Assembly: GCA_965242925.1 (NCBI GenBank)
Contig: CBDEUM010000018.1
Coordinates: 65,041-129,040, forward strand
Direction of reading: 5' to 3'
Length of the DNA stretch: 64,000 bases
DNA from: Roseibacillus sp.
GTDB taxonomy: Bacteria; Verrucomicrobiota; Verrucomicrobiia; Verrucomicrobiales; Akkermansiaceae
Shown here: positions 1-9,555 of the stretch, in pieces
Layout of the letters: every line of letters starts with the position of its first letter
Numbering within the stretch: position 1 is the stretch's first letter
Program-made: the position numbers and the translations under genes
The notes under the pieces: model-generated
Database searches by the model: none
Told to the model about the DNA's origin: nothing
The model's input: the letters and a program-made list of their open reading frames with translations, nothing else

Positions 1-380
1 TCGAGGGTGAGCGCATGGCCGGGAAACATCTCCCGGAACTGGCGCCCCGTGGTGATCACGTCACTGTGGCGACCTGTAAGGGCGTAGCCTTCGATGAGCT
101 TGACCATCACTGCGGGACGTTCGGGATGTTTGGTTTGTGCCCGGGAGAATTTCCCTGCAGTCCGGATGATTCCGAAGAGTTTCTCACCTCCCTCGTAGAT
201 CCCGATGAGATCGAGCATCATCCGGGCGGCCGGAGGTGAGGATTCCGCGGTTTCCTTGAGACGGGCTTCCAGGTGGGCCGCTCGATCCTGACCGGCGGCG
301 GGTGGGATACCCGCGATCAGGACGGGGACAAGGGCGGACAGGATTGACGTTTTCAAGGTGGAAAGTTTTCTACTCAACAT
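1..380 (-). CDS. N-terminus of a secreted hypothetical (helical/TPR-like) protein, truncated by the window edge
   Basis: Not in the ORF track. I read it manually from ATG at 380: MLSRKLSTLKTSILSALVPVLIAGIPPAAGQDRAAHLEARLKE..., open to position 1. Signal-peptide-like N-terminus; starts 18 bp after the TPR gene stop on the same strand. Confidence 0.7.
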   Translation of the reverse strand, partial: MLSRKLSTLKTSILSALVPVLIAGIPPAAGQDRAAHLEARLKETAESSPPAARMMLDLIGIYEGGEKLFGIIRTAGKFSRAQTKHPERPAVMVKLIEGYALTGRHSDVITTGRQFREMFPGHALTL

Positions 381-398
381 TCGTGAGCGCGCAGGCCG

Positions 399-2606
399 CT
401 ACTCTTCCGGTGCCGGGGCAACAGCCTTCTTCAGGGCGTCGACAATCTTCTTGGCTTCCGGCGCGATTTCGCTTTCAGGAAAGTCGTTGATCAACTGGTC
501 GAAACGTCGCCGGGCCTCCTGCTTGCGTCCGAGCTTGTAGAGGCAGCGGCCGTAGTTGAAGAGGATGACATCGAGAAAGTTGGCGTCGGGGTAGTCGGCG
601 AGCACGTTTTCAAAGACGTCGACGGCCCGGGCGTAATCTTCCTTCTGATAGTAAAAGGCCGCCATCTTGGCCACCGCATCACCGATGCGGCCAGACTCCG
701 GGAAGTTTTCGTAGACAGCCTGATAGGCGAGGAAGGCCTTCTCGAAGAGCCTTGAGGCCTGCTCGGCAGTGGACTTGAGAGCCATCGCCTCGTAGCACTC
801 GCCCACGAAGAACTGCCCCTCGCCGCGCAGACTGCTATTGGGAAGTTTCGCGATGGAGGAATAGAGTCCGATGGCCCGGGAAAAGTTCTCGCGTTTCCGC
901 TCCACGTGAGCCTGCTGCAGCATTGCTTCGTCAACGAAGGTGCTGGCGGGAAACTCGGTCTGCAGACGCCGACTCATGGCGAGAGCGAGGTTGAGTTCGT
1001 CCATTGCGAAGTAGATCCGCCAGAGCTGGACGTAGGTTTCCTCAAGGAGTTTGCCGCCGGCCTTTCGGGCCTCCTCCAGAATGCCCTCGCACACGATGAG
1101 GGCCTCGCCGTACTTGAGATCAGCCTTTTCCTTCAGGCCGAATTCCTTGTAGTGGTTGCCTACCTGGGTAAGGGCGGTGGCGGTGCGGAGCTTGGTTTTG
1201 AGTTGCAGTTCCTCGTCGGAAATCTCGGTGCGGGTCACTCGCATCTCTCCCAGGTTGCCCTCAATCACCCGGGCCTCGGCGGTGCGCGTGAGGGAGTCCT
1301 CGCCGAGGTGCCGCTTGTCGAGGTAGACCAGTCGCACCACCTGTCCGGGGTCGGCATGGAGGGCGTCGGGCACTCCGCTCCCCGGATGCAGGGGGACGGC
1401 AAGGCGAAAGACCCCGTTTTCAGCACTTTCACGCAGTTGAACCGGAAGCGAGCGCACCAGCTTGAGCGGATCGATCAGGTCCTTGAGGGTCCCATCCTCG
1501 GGGGCTTCTTCCAGTTCGCCGTTGGCCACCCTTTCCGCGATCTCCTCGTCGATCTCATCGGGAGTCTTGCGGCTGTAGACCTGCACGGTGGCCTCCAGGC
1601 GGTCGGCCTGCGGGGTGAGGTCGTGGTCGGCATCGGAGACCTGGAGGTGGAGGCGCTTGCCCAGGACCGCAGCCTGGAGGTCGTGCTGGTAGGTTCCATC
1701 CGCGATGCGGGCGATGCCGTTCCCAATTACCAGGACTTCCTTGAGGCGCTGCTCGTTGGTGCCCTTGTCGGTGGTGTGCCTGTCGAGGTAGATGACAGTG
1801 ATGAGGTCTCCTCCCCGCACCTCGAGAATTCCATTGCCTGGTTCAGGGCTTCCAAGCTGTGTCACAATGCTGCCCAGGGTTATCTTGGCATTCCGTCCGA
1901 CAGTATCGCAGAGAATCTTTTCCCGGTCCCCCGTCTTCGTCTGGCAGATCACTTCGACCTGCTCTCCCGGTTCCAGGATGGCGAAGTCCCTGTCATCGAT
2001 CTTGATGAAGAGGCGTTTGCCGGCCTCCACTTTTTCGATTCTGGCATCGTTGTCGGAAAGGGCGGTGCCCACCTTCTCAAGTGCTTCGATGGCACGGCTG
2101 TAGTGCCCCTGTTTGAAGTGGCCAAGCCCGATATAGTAGTAGGCCTCATTGACTTCGGACGCCGCGGGAAAGTTCTCGATCACCTGCCGCATGATCTTGA
2201 AGCAGTTGCCGTAACGCCCCGCCTCATAGTAGCAGGTGCCCGTGTTCAGGAAGGCGTAGGCCCGCAATTGGTCGTTGGGATTGGCCTCCTGGGCGGCGGC
2301 CTGATAGTGGGCGCGGGCCTTGTCGAACTGGCGCAGTTCCTGCAGGAGATGATCGGCGAGACGCAGGTGTGCCTCGAAGCGGACCGGGCTGCGCGGGTAG
2401 CGCTCGATGACCGATTCCCAGATCTCAAGGGCCTTTTCATTTTCTCCCACCTCGAGTCGGGCATCCCCCGCTTGCAGGAGCTTGCGGGCGGCCCGGTCTT
2501 CAACGATGGATCCGCGTTCTGCGGCTGCCGGCTGCTGGGCAACGGCCACCGGGAGGAAGGTGGCAAAGGGAAGGCAGGCGAAGAGTGAGAGAACGGCGCG
2601 TGGCAC
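399..2606 (-). CDS. Secreted tetratricopeptide-repeat protein with two internal beta-sandwich-like repeats
   Basis: TPR-type helices (e.g. EAYYYIGLGHFKQGHYSRAIEALEKV, ILFNYGRCLYKLGRKQEARRRFDQLINDFPES). Signal peptide ending AVA-QQ. Probable GTG start at 2606 just after the DUF1501 stop; the ORF-track start at 2741 overlaps that gene. Confidence 0.8.
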   Translation of the reverse strand: MPRAVLSLFACLPFATFLPVAVAQQPAAAERGSIVEDRAARKLLQAGDARLEVGENEKALEIWESVIERYPRSPVRFEAHLRLADHLLQELRQFDKARAHYQAAAQEANPNDQLRAYAFLNTGTCYYEAGRYGNCFKIMRQVIENFPAASEVNEAYYYIGLGHFKQGHYSRAIEALEKVGTALSDNDARIEKVEAGKRLFIKIDDRDFAILEPGEQVEVICQTKTGDREKILCDTVGRNAKITLGSIVTQLGSPEPGNGILEVRGGDLITVIYLDRHTTDKGTNEQRLKEVLVIGNGIARIADGTYQHDLQAAVLGKRLHLQVSDADHDLTPQADRLEATVQVYSRKTPDEIDEEIAERVANGELEEAPEDGTLKDLIDPLKLVRSLPVQLRESAENGVFRLAVPLHPGSGVPDALHADPGQVVRLVYLDKRHLGEDSLTRTAEARVIEGNLGEMRVTRTEISDEELQLKTKLRTATALTQVGNHYKEFGLKEKADLKYGEALIVCEGILEEARKAGGKLLEETYVQLWRIYFAMDELNLALAMSRRLQTEFPASTFVDEAMLQQAHVERKRENFSRAIGLYSSIAKLPNSSLRGEGQFFVGECYEAMALKSTAEQASRLFEKAFLAYQAVYENFPESGRIGDAVAKMAAFYYQKEDYARAVDVFENVLADYPDANFLDVILFNYGRCLYKLGRKQEARRRFDQLINDFPESEIAPEAKKIVDALKKAVAPAPEE

Positions 2607-2613
2607 GATGCTC

Positions 2614-3867
2614 TTATACGAGCAGTTCCCGGATGGGCTGTCCATCTTTCCGCAATAACCGCATGGGCCTGCCCTGCTGGGTGATGATTTCCCGGTTGTG
2701 ATCGATTCCGAGGGCGTGGCAGACGGTGGCGTGGAGGTCAAAAGGCTTCACCGGACGTTCGGCCGGGTCCATCCCGTCCTCGTCGGATGCCCCGATGATG
2801 GTGCCGCCCTTGATGCCGCCGCCAGCCATGAAGGCACTGAAGACCCGGGCCCAGTGGTCACGTCCACCCCCGTCGTTGATGCGTGGCGTCCGTCCGAACT
2901 CGGAGAGGACCAGCACCAGGGTCTTGCTTAGCAGGCCGTTGGCCTTGAGGTCGCTCAGGAGAGAGGCGAGGGCGGGATCCATGGTTGCCCCGTGGTTGCG
3001 CATGGCTTCGAAGATGGTGCCGTGGTTGTCAAAGCCGCCGCGGTTGACCTGGACAAAGCGTACGCCTTTTTCCACCAGGCGTCGCGCGAGGAGGGCGCCT
3101 CGTCCGAACTCGGTGTTGCCATAGCGCTCCACCGTGGCGGGATTCTCCTCGTTCAACTCGAAGGCTTTCAGAGCAGGACTTTCCATCAGGGCAATGGCAT
3201 CCTTGAGAGCAGTTTCGGAGGCCTTGAGCTTGCGGGCATCGAGCTGGTCCGACGTGCGCGCATTCATTCTCGCGAGGATCTCAAGGCGCTTCTTTCCGCG
3301 TGCGTGGTGAATGCCCTCGGGGAAGGCGAGGTAGGGATCCTTTTCGCCGGGACGGCCCACGTAGTAGGCTTCACACTGCTGGCCGAGGTAGCCTGCGCGG
3401 GCCGGGTTGCCACTGATGCTGATGTAGGCAGGAAGGTCGCCCAGGGGATCGCGCTCGTGCACAACGATGGAGCCGAGGCCGGGGTGCATCACGTTGGGAG
3501 CCTGATTGAAGCCGGTCTGCAATTCATACTGTGCGCGCCCGTGGTCTCCATTGGTTCCCCGGATGGAGCGAATGAGAGCCGCGTTGTGCATCTGTCTGGC
3601 AAGTTCCGGAAAGATCTCGGAGATCTCCATCCCGGGCACGCTGGTCTTGATCGGGTTGAATTCACCCTGCACCGGGCGTCCTGGCTTGGGATCCCAGGTG
3701 TCAAGGTGGCTCATGCCCCCGCTGTTCCAGAAGAGGATCACGTGTTCGGCAGTGCCACCTTTTCCGGGCGTCGCGGCGAGGAGATTGCTGATGGGCATTC
3801 CCAGAATTGAAGCGCTGAACATCTTCAGCATGTTTCTTCTGGTGTGGACGTAATCCTGGCAGCTCAT
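2614..3867 (-). CDS. DUF1501 domain protein with Tat-like signal
   Basis: TRRNML twin-arginine motif; GGMSHLDTWDPKP, LARRLVEKGVRFV, SEFGRTP and GRDHW family motifs. Confidence 0.9.
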   Translation of the reverse strand: MSCQDYVHTRRNMLKMFSASILGMPISNLLAATPGKGGTAEHVILFWNSGGMSHLDTWDPKPGRPVQGEFNPIKTSVPGMEISEIFPELARQMHNAALIRSIRGTNGDHGRAQYELQTGFNQAPNVMHPGLGSIVVHERDPLGDLPAYISISGNPARAGYLGQQCEAYYVGRPGEKDPYLAFPEGIHHARGKKRLEILARMNARTSDQLDARKLKASETALKDAIALMESPALKAFELNEENPATVERYGNTEFGRGALLARRLVEKGVRFVQVNRGGFDNHGTIFEAMRNHGATMDPALASLLSDLKANGLLSKTLVLVLSEFGRTPRINDGGGRDHWARVFSAFMAGGGIKGGTIIGASDEDGMDPAERPVKPFDLHATVCHALGIDHNREIITQQGRPMRLLRKDGQPIRELLV

Positions 3868-3877
3868 TTCGGGAGAG

Positions 3878-3905
3878 GTTCAAGTTTCAGGTTCAAAGTT
3901 TCAAG
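3878..3905. repeat. Degenerate heptamer tandem repeat (GTTCAAG TTTCAGG TTCAAAG TTTCAAG)
   Basis: 7-nt periodicity read directly in the intergenic spacer. Confidence 0.5.
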
Positions 3906-3966
3906 GTGCGAGGATTGGAGAATTGGACACTGGGGATCGTTTCGAAATGAAAAGGTGGAGTTTCTG

Positions 3967-6414
3967 TCAGGGCAGGTAGCGGAACTCGTGGCTATTGAGC
4001 AGGGCCCAGCGGAGATCAGCCATGCCGCCCTTCGGTGTTCCGCCGGTTTTCAGGATCAGCTGAGCGTCGGCCAGTTCCTCGGTGGCGGGCAGGCGGGTCA
4101 GGATTTCCTGGTAGGCCCATTCGATGGCCCGCTTGTAGTTCTTGCGTTCCAGGAGCTTGTGGAGGGGCTCCATCGTGCCGACCCGCGATGCTTCGTGCGT
4201 CATGCGACCGTTCATCATCATGAGTTGCTGGCGCAGGGAAGCCTGCCCGTCGCGAAACTGGCCCAACCCGTCGCGCGCGGGCTGTCCGAAGACCCGCAGG
4301 AAGTGTGCCGGGGGTGCGGGGGTAGCCATCCTCATCGCGCTTCCGAAGCGCGGGTTGTCGTCGACCATCTCCTCCACCTTCTCGGTCCGGTACTTCATGA
4401 CCATGCGCTTCTGCTCGGCCGCCTCGGCCGCCATCTTCCTGGCCTGGATCTGTTCGTTGGACTTCCGGCGCATCTTCTCCAGTTCACTCATCTCCTCTTT
4501 CCGGAGGAGGGCGTTGAAATCGAGGGAGAGAGAGGACTCCAGGTCGTAGCCATCCATCCGCATTGCAGGCTTCGCGCTGGCCATCATCCGGGGAGTGGTC
4601 CCCTCCGGGGTGGCGGCCACCAGTTCCCCGGTGGGCACGTTGATTTCACGCACGACTTTCTTAAGGTTGGCGCCGGCGGGCCACTTGTGTTCGCCGATGT
4701 TTCCGGCCACCACCACGCTGTCGTAGAGGACTTCGCTGAGCATCCGGCGCAGGGGGGCGGCCGCGAAATTTTTCTCCGAGTGTTCCCGCCGGGCAATGGG
4801 AAGGGAACCGGAGAGGTGGGAGCGCTGGTAAGCGTCGCTCAGCATGATGAGCTTGATGAGATGCTGCATCTCGAATCCGCTGGCGATGAATTCCTGGGCC
4901 AGGAAGTCGAGTGTCGAGGCGTGCCGCAGTTCATTGTAGTCGGAGAAGTTGTCGAGGGGTTCCACGAAGCCGTGGCCCACCAGTTCGGCCCACATGCGGT
5001 TCACGAAGGCGCGGGCAAAGTAGCCGTTGCGTGGGCTCGTGATGAGCTCGGCGAGCTGGTTGCGCAGGATACTGGCGCGGTAGATGTCGCCGAGGACATC
5101 AAGTTTCCTGCTCTCCTTCCTGGCTTCCTCGAGGACCACGTTCTTCCTGCGGCCAACGGTCGGATTCACCGAGTCGAGGAGGGCCTCAAGGGAGGCGTCC
5201 TCCGCCCCTGCGTCCGTCACCGCAGTCTGGGCGGATCGTTTTTTTTCAAAGCGGGTGAGGAAGGTCGGCAGTTTCCCGTAGTCGGTCAGGGCAAAGGGGA
5301 ACCGGGGACTGACGGGCTTGCGCTGGTCGGCCTCCGCCCTGTCTTCCGGGGGCCAGAGAACCATCATCTCGTGCCCCTCGGTGGTGTAGATCTGGTTGCG
5401 CTGACCGCCGCGCACCTGCCTGGTCTTGCCGAAGAAGGCCGCCAGTTCGTAGAAATCCTTCTGTTCCCAGTCGTCAAACGGATGGTCATGGCACTGCGCA
5501 CAACCGATGCGAACTCCCAGGAAGACCTGCGAAGTGGTGGCCGCGAGCTCCATGGGGTCGGTGTTGTCTCCCAGGATGTAGCCAACCGCAGGATTGGAAT
5601 TGGGCTTGCCGGAGGAACCGATGAGTTCCCTGACCATGATGTCGTAGGGCTTGCCTTGTTCGATCGACTTGTTGACGTAGGCGAGGAGCTGGTTGCCGCC
5701 CGTCACATTGGAACGAATACGCAGCATGTCGGCCAGGAAGATGGTCCAGCGGTCAGCAAAGCGTGGATGCTCGCACAGCTTCTCGATGAGTCGGGAGCGC
5801 CGGTCCTTTCCCCAGCCTTCGTAGAGCGCTACCTCCACCATGGTCGGAATCCGGCCGATGAGGTCGAGGGTTGCGCGGCGCAGGAAGGCCTCGTCACTGA
5901 TCACCGGGGTGGTGATGACATCCCCTCCGAGGTTTTCGCGGCGGAGGATGTCATCGAGCATGTGGGCAGCTTCCACCATATTGGAAGGAGTCTTCTTGGG
6001 CATGGCCACCCGTTTGACAGAAATGCGCTTGCGCTCGGTCAGGGTGATTCCCTCAGGCCACTCCGCACCCGACTTGATCCAGGCGGTGAGCAACTCAAGT
6101 TCGTTCTTCTTAAGGGCTTGTCCTTCATCCGGCATGAAACCCTCGTCAATCGGGCGCAGGTGCGTGCGCCGGATGATTTCGCTTTCTCCGGGTTTGCCGG
6201 GGACGATGGCCTCGGCCTCCTCACCGCCTTCCAGCATGAGGGGGTGGGTTTCCATTCGCAGACCACCCTTGGCCTTACCCTGCTTGTGGCAACGGAGGCA
6301 GTTGGTCTCCAGGATGGGCTGGATGTCGCGCTTGAAGTTGAGCGCACCGGTGGCCCCCAGCGGCAGGAGCGCAAGGAAGATGATGTAGATGGACTGCGAA
6401 ATGTGAGATCGCAC
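3967..6414 (-). CDS. Planctomycete-type cytochrome c / DUF1549 / DUF1553 (PSCyt1-PSCyt2-PSD1) protein
   Basis: Signal peptide; CLRCH and CAQCHDH heme-binding motifs; FLRRATLDLIGRIPT, FVNRMWAELVGHG and C-terminal WALLNSHEF motifs. Confidence 0.9.
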   Translation of the reverse strand: MRSHISQSIYIIFLALLPLGATGALNFKRDIQPILETNCLRCHKQGKAKGGLRMETHPLMLEGGEEAEAIVPGKPGESEIIRRTHLRPIDEGFMPDEGQALKKNELELLTAWIKSGAEWPEGITLTERKRISVKRVAMPKKTPSNMVEAAHMLDDILRRENLGGDVITTPVISDEAFLRRATLDLIGRIPTMVEVALYEGWGKDRRSRLIEKLCEHPRFADRWTIFLADMLRIRSNVTGGNQLLAYVNKSIEQGKPYDIMVRELIGSSGKPNSNPAVGYILGDNTDPMELAATTSQVFLGVRIGCAQCHDHPFDDWEQKDFYELAAFFGKTRQVRGGQRNQIYTTEGHEMMVLWPPEDRAEADQRKPVSPRFPFALTDYGKLPTFLTRFEKKRSAQTAVTDAGAEDASLEALLDSVNPTVGRRKNVVLEEARKESRKLDVLGDIYRASILRNQLAELITSPRNGYFARAFVNRMWAELVGHGFVEPLDNFSDYNELRHASTLDFLAQEFIASGFEMQHLIKLIMLSDAYQRSHLSGSLPIARREHSEKNFAAAPLRRMLSEVLYDSVVVAGNIGEHKWPAGANLKKVVREINVPTGELVAATPEGTTPRMMASAKPAMRMDGYDLESSLSLDFNALLRKEEMSELEKMRRKSNEQIQARKMAAEAAEQKRMVMKYRTEKVEEMVDDNPRFGSAMRMATPAPPAHFLRVFGQPARDGLGQFRDGQASLRQQLMMMNGRMTHEASRVGTMEPLHKLLERKNYKRAIEWAYQEILTRLPATEELADAQLILKTGGTPKGGMADLRWALLNSHEFRYLP

Positions 6415-6616
6415 CGGAGTAATCTATAGAGATTATGGTAAATACCCCACCTTTAATTCGTTCCTTACGATCAATTTGAATTGGTTGGGTGCCCGACCGT
6501 TAACTCAATCGGGGCAGGACGCTTCCTGCTATTCCATTCATCTGGTGAATAATGCTCCCGGTAACAGAGCCCACGTCCCACGTTTTTCCGTTATCCGCGT
6601 TGCTACAGGTCCGATC

Positions 6617-9343
6617 CTAGTTGGAGTCGTCAACATTGATGTTGTCAATGGTCAGACCGCTGAAGGCGTCCGGAGTGCTGTCGCTAATAAAGTTCCACTC
6701 GATGATTACGTTTTCGCCGATGGCTTCCGGGACCACATCGATGCGGATGATTGAAAAGTCGATGTCGAAGACGGACAGGTCGAGGTCGGTCTCTCCTCCG
6801 AGCTGGGCGAAGTCAGAGGCTCTCAGGAAGCGGACAAAGGCCCTGTCTCCAAAGCCGTCGGCGTCCCGGAAGACCTCGAACGTCAACTCTGCCTTGGTCA
6901 CAGTGCTCAGATCGATGGCGGGCGAGCGAAGGGCGATACTGGAGTCGGGACCGTAGTCACCAAGGTTGGTGCTCCATGCGTTGGCCGAATTGCCGGCTCC
7001 AGAGAGGGGGCCCGTCGATCCGCCGGGCGTTCCAAACTCCCAAAGGGTGTTTCCAACAGTGTCGTTAACCAGGGTGGTCCAGCCCTGCACCCCTGATTCA
7101 AGGTCATCGTTAAAGAGAATGACGGGAGGGGCTTTAAAGCCCTCGATCACAAACAGGCGGGTGAGATCGGCAGGCAGGGCAATGGTCAGGGTGTTTTCAG
7201 GAGGGGTTGCCGCCATTTCCGTGTTGCCGCCATGAATGGGCCAGTCGAGAGGGGTTGCAGAGCCAGGATCGAGTTCACTACGGAGATTGTAGAGCATTCC
7301 TGCTTCGCTCTCCCAACTGATGCTGAGATTGCCCGTTGCCTTGTCGTGATGAACGTCGGTGATCCGGACATTGCCCTCATCCGGCAGGTCCGGACCCTGG
7401 GACAGGCTCTCTGCCACCTCTTCCGGAGTCAGGGGCTTATCGTAGATGCGAAACTCCTCGAAGGTGCCGTCCAGGGTTCCATCGTTGATCCAGGTCGAGC
7501 GCCCCAGCCAGTTGTTGACATCGTTAATCTCGGAGAGTGTCGTCTGGGCGATCGCGTTGGACGTTTGCTGTGTGCCATCACGCCAGTAATTGATTTCGGT
7601 TGTTCCATCTCCGAGGTCCTTGACCGTCACCGCGAAGTGAATCTGCTCACCGAAGACGGTCACCATGTCGCTGTCAAAGGTGTTGACCCCGCCACCGGGC
7701 GGATCCTCATTGCGGATTTCTATTCGCTGCTGGTCGTAGTTCCCACCACGTGAGGCCGACAGCATGATGTAATCGCGACCGTCCGTGCCGCCGCCGTTGG
7801 TATTGCCGGGACCTGTGATCTCACCGGCCACCGGGTCTCCTTGAGTGTTGCCGAAATCAAAGAAGCGAGTCCAGCCTCCTCCGTTACTTGAGCTGACAGT
7901 CACCCATCCCTCGAAGGTGGCGTCGGTCAGCGAGGAAATCAGTCCATTGGGGAGATCCCCATAGGCCGCCTTACCGTTCAGGGAATCCCCACCGGGGAGA
8001 TCGAGTCCCGTCCCGGTGAAGTTGGCTCCATCCCCGCGCACCGCTCCGTCGGCACCACCTATCGAATCGGAGAATGTTGCCCCGTCCGGGGCCGTGCTTG
8101 CTGGCTCGTTGAAGGCCCACCGGTGAATGAGTCCCCGTGGCTGTGGATGGCTGCTGGGATCCGCAGGGTCAGATCCTTGCCTGACTTCCACGCCGTCCAG
8201 GAACCTGTCGCCATCCGTGTCCGGATTGAGAGGATTTGTCCCGAGATCGGTCTCCACGCCGTCAAGCAGGCCGTCATTGTCGCTATCCGGGTTGTTGGGA
8301 TCCGTGCCGGCATCAATCTCGTCTCCATCGTTATCACCATCCGCATCGCTGTCGGGATTATCCATGGTGGTGTGGCTGGTGAATTCCCCCAGGTTGTCGA
8401 GGCCATCATTGTCTTCGTCTTCGAGCGCGTCGTTCGGATCATTTGGATCGAGGAAGTCGAAAAGGTTTTCAATTGTGTCAGGGATTCCGTCGTCGTCGGA
8501 GTCCGGCGAAGGGGCAGGACCTGTATTGAAGTTCCCGGTGATTTCCTGAGGACTAAGTGCTTCATCGTAGATGCGAAACTCCTCGAAGGTGCCGTCCAGG
8601 GTGCCATCGTTGATCCAGGTCGACCGCCCCAGCCAGTTGTTGACATCGTTAATCTCGGAGAGCGTCGTCTGGGCGATCGCGTTGGCCGTTTGCTGTATGC
8701 CATCACGCCAGTAATTGATTTCGGCCGTTCCATTTCCGAGGTCCTTGACCGTCACCGCGAAGTGAATCTGCTCACCGAAGACGGTCACCATGTCGCTGTC
8801 AAAGGTGCTGACCCCGCCACCGGCCGGATCCTCGTTACGCCATTCCACCCGCTGCTGGTTGTAGTTTCCACCACGCGAGGCCGACAGCATGATGTAATCG
8901 CGACCGTCCGTGCCGTCGCCATTGGTATTGCCGGGACCTGTGATTTCGCCGTTCAGTCCTCCCGGCATGGTGCTGCCAAAATCAAAGAAGCGAGTCCAGC
9001 CTCCTCCGTTACTCGAGTCGACAGTCACCCATCCCTCGAAGGTGGCGTCGGTCAGCGAGGAAATCAGTCCATTGGGGAGATCCCCATAGGCCGCCCGGCC
9101 GTTCAGGGAATCCCCACCGGGGAGATCGAGTCCCGCCCCGGTGAAGTTGGCTCCATCCCCGCGCACCGCTCCGTCGGCACCACCTATCGAATCGGAGAAT
9201 GTTGCCCCGTCGATTGCATTGCCCGCCGGTTCATCGAAGGACCAGCGGTGGATAAGGTCCGGACAGGCCGAATTCGTTGCCAGGGCCAGAGTCAGGATTC
9301 CTATTGGGATAGGGTTGCTGATTACCGAATTCATATTCTCCAT
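6617..9343 (-). CDS. Secreted protein with two LamG/concanavalin-A-like domains, acidic TSP3-like Ca-binding repeats and a C-terminal beta-sandwich domain
   Basis: LIHRWSF...EEFRIYD LamG-like domain present twice; DxDxDGxxDxxE repeats between them; hydrophobic N-terminus. Start is uncertain (9343 or 9334). Confidence 0.8.
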   Translation of the reverse strand: MENMNSVISNPIPIGILTLALATNSACPDLIHRWSFDEPAGNAIDGATFSDSIGGADGAVRGDGANFTGAGLDLPGGDSLNGRAAYGDLPNGLISSLTDATFEGWVTVDSSNGGGWTRFFDFGSTMPGGLNGEITGPGNTNGDGTDGRDYIMLSASRGGNYNQQRVEWRNEDPAGGGVSTFDSDMVTVFGEQIHFAVTVKDLGNGTAEINYWRDGIQQTANAIAQTTLSEINDVNNWLGRSTWINDGTLDGTFEEFRIYDEALSPQEITGNFNTGPAPSPDSDDDGIPDTIENLFDFLDPNDPNDALEDEDNDGLDNLGEFTSHTTMDNPDSDADGDNDGDEIDAGTDPNNPDSDNDGLLDGVETDLGTNPLNPDTDGDRFLDGVEVRQGSDPADPSSHPQPRGLIHRWAFNEPASTAPDGATFSDSIGGADGAVRGDGANFTGTGLDLPGGDSLNGKAAYGDLPNGLISSLTDATFEGWVTVSSSNGGGWTRFFDFGNTQGDPVAGEITGPGNTNGGGTDGRDYIMLSASRGGNYDQQRIEIRNEDPPGGGVNTFDSDMVTVFGEQIHFAVTVKDLGDGTTEINYWRDGTQQTSNAIAQTTLSEINDVNNWLGRSTWINDGTLDGTFEEFRIYDKPLTPEEVAESLSQGPDLPDEGNVRITDVHHDKATGNLSISWESEAGMLYNLRSELDPGSATPLDWPIHGGNTEMAATPPENTLTIALPADLTRLFVIEGFKAPPVILFNDDLESGVQGWTTLVNDTVGNTLWEFGTPGGSTGPLSGAGNSANAWSTNLGDYGPDSSIALRSPAIDLSTVTKAELTFEVFRDADGFGDRAFVRFLRASDFAQLGGETDLDLSVFDIDFSIIRIDVVPEAIGENVIIEWNFISDSTPDAFSGLTIDNINVDDSN
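7439..9211. repeat. Intragenic direct repeat of 648 bp: copies at 7439-8086 and 8564-9211
   Basis: Constant 1125-bp offset at both ends (no net indel); roughly 90% identical by manual comparison. Confidence 0.95.
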
Positions 9344-9555
9344 TTTAAGCGGATGGTTAGTTGATATGTGATGACACATCATACACAAGAGGAAGTAAAA
9401 AACTGAATCAATGGCGCGATCAAAAAAGGATCAAGCTCTCGTGTTTTGCATGAAGAATCTGATAATGAGAAGGATGCTCCCGTGACCCTCGGGCCGTCTT
9501 CTTTCGGGAGCGCAATCTCGACAGCGGATGATGTGTTGAGCAGACTCCCCTCCAT

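Noticed and set aside
3844..6429. Long opposite-strand ORFs (861 aa here; also 906-2588, 18120-19580, 30491-31834, 43832-45610, 46879-48612)
   Set aside because: They are antisense shadows of well-supported genes, as expected in GC-rich DNA, and show no recognisable motifs.
7439..9211. LamG repeat pair as the template/variable repeats of a diversity-generating retroelement
   Set aside because: The mismatches I checked are not adenine-specific, both copies are coding and in frame, and there is no reverse transcriptase in the window.
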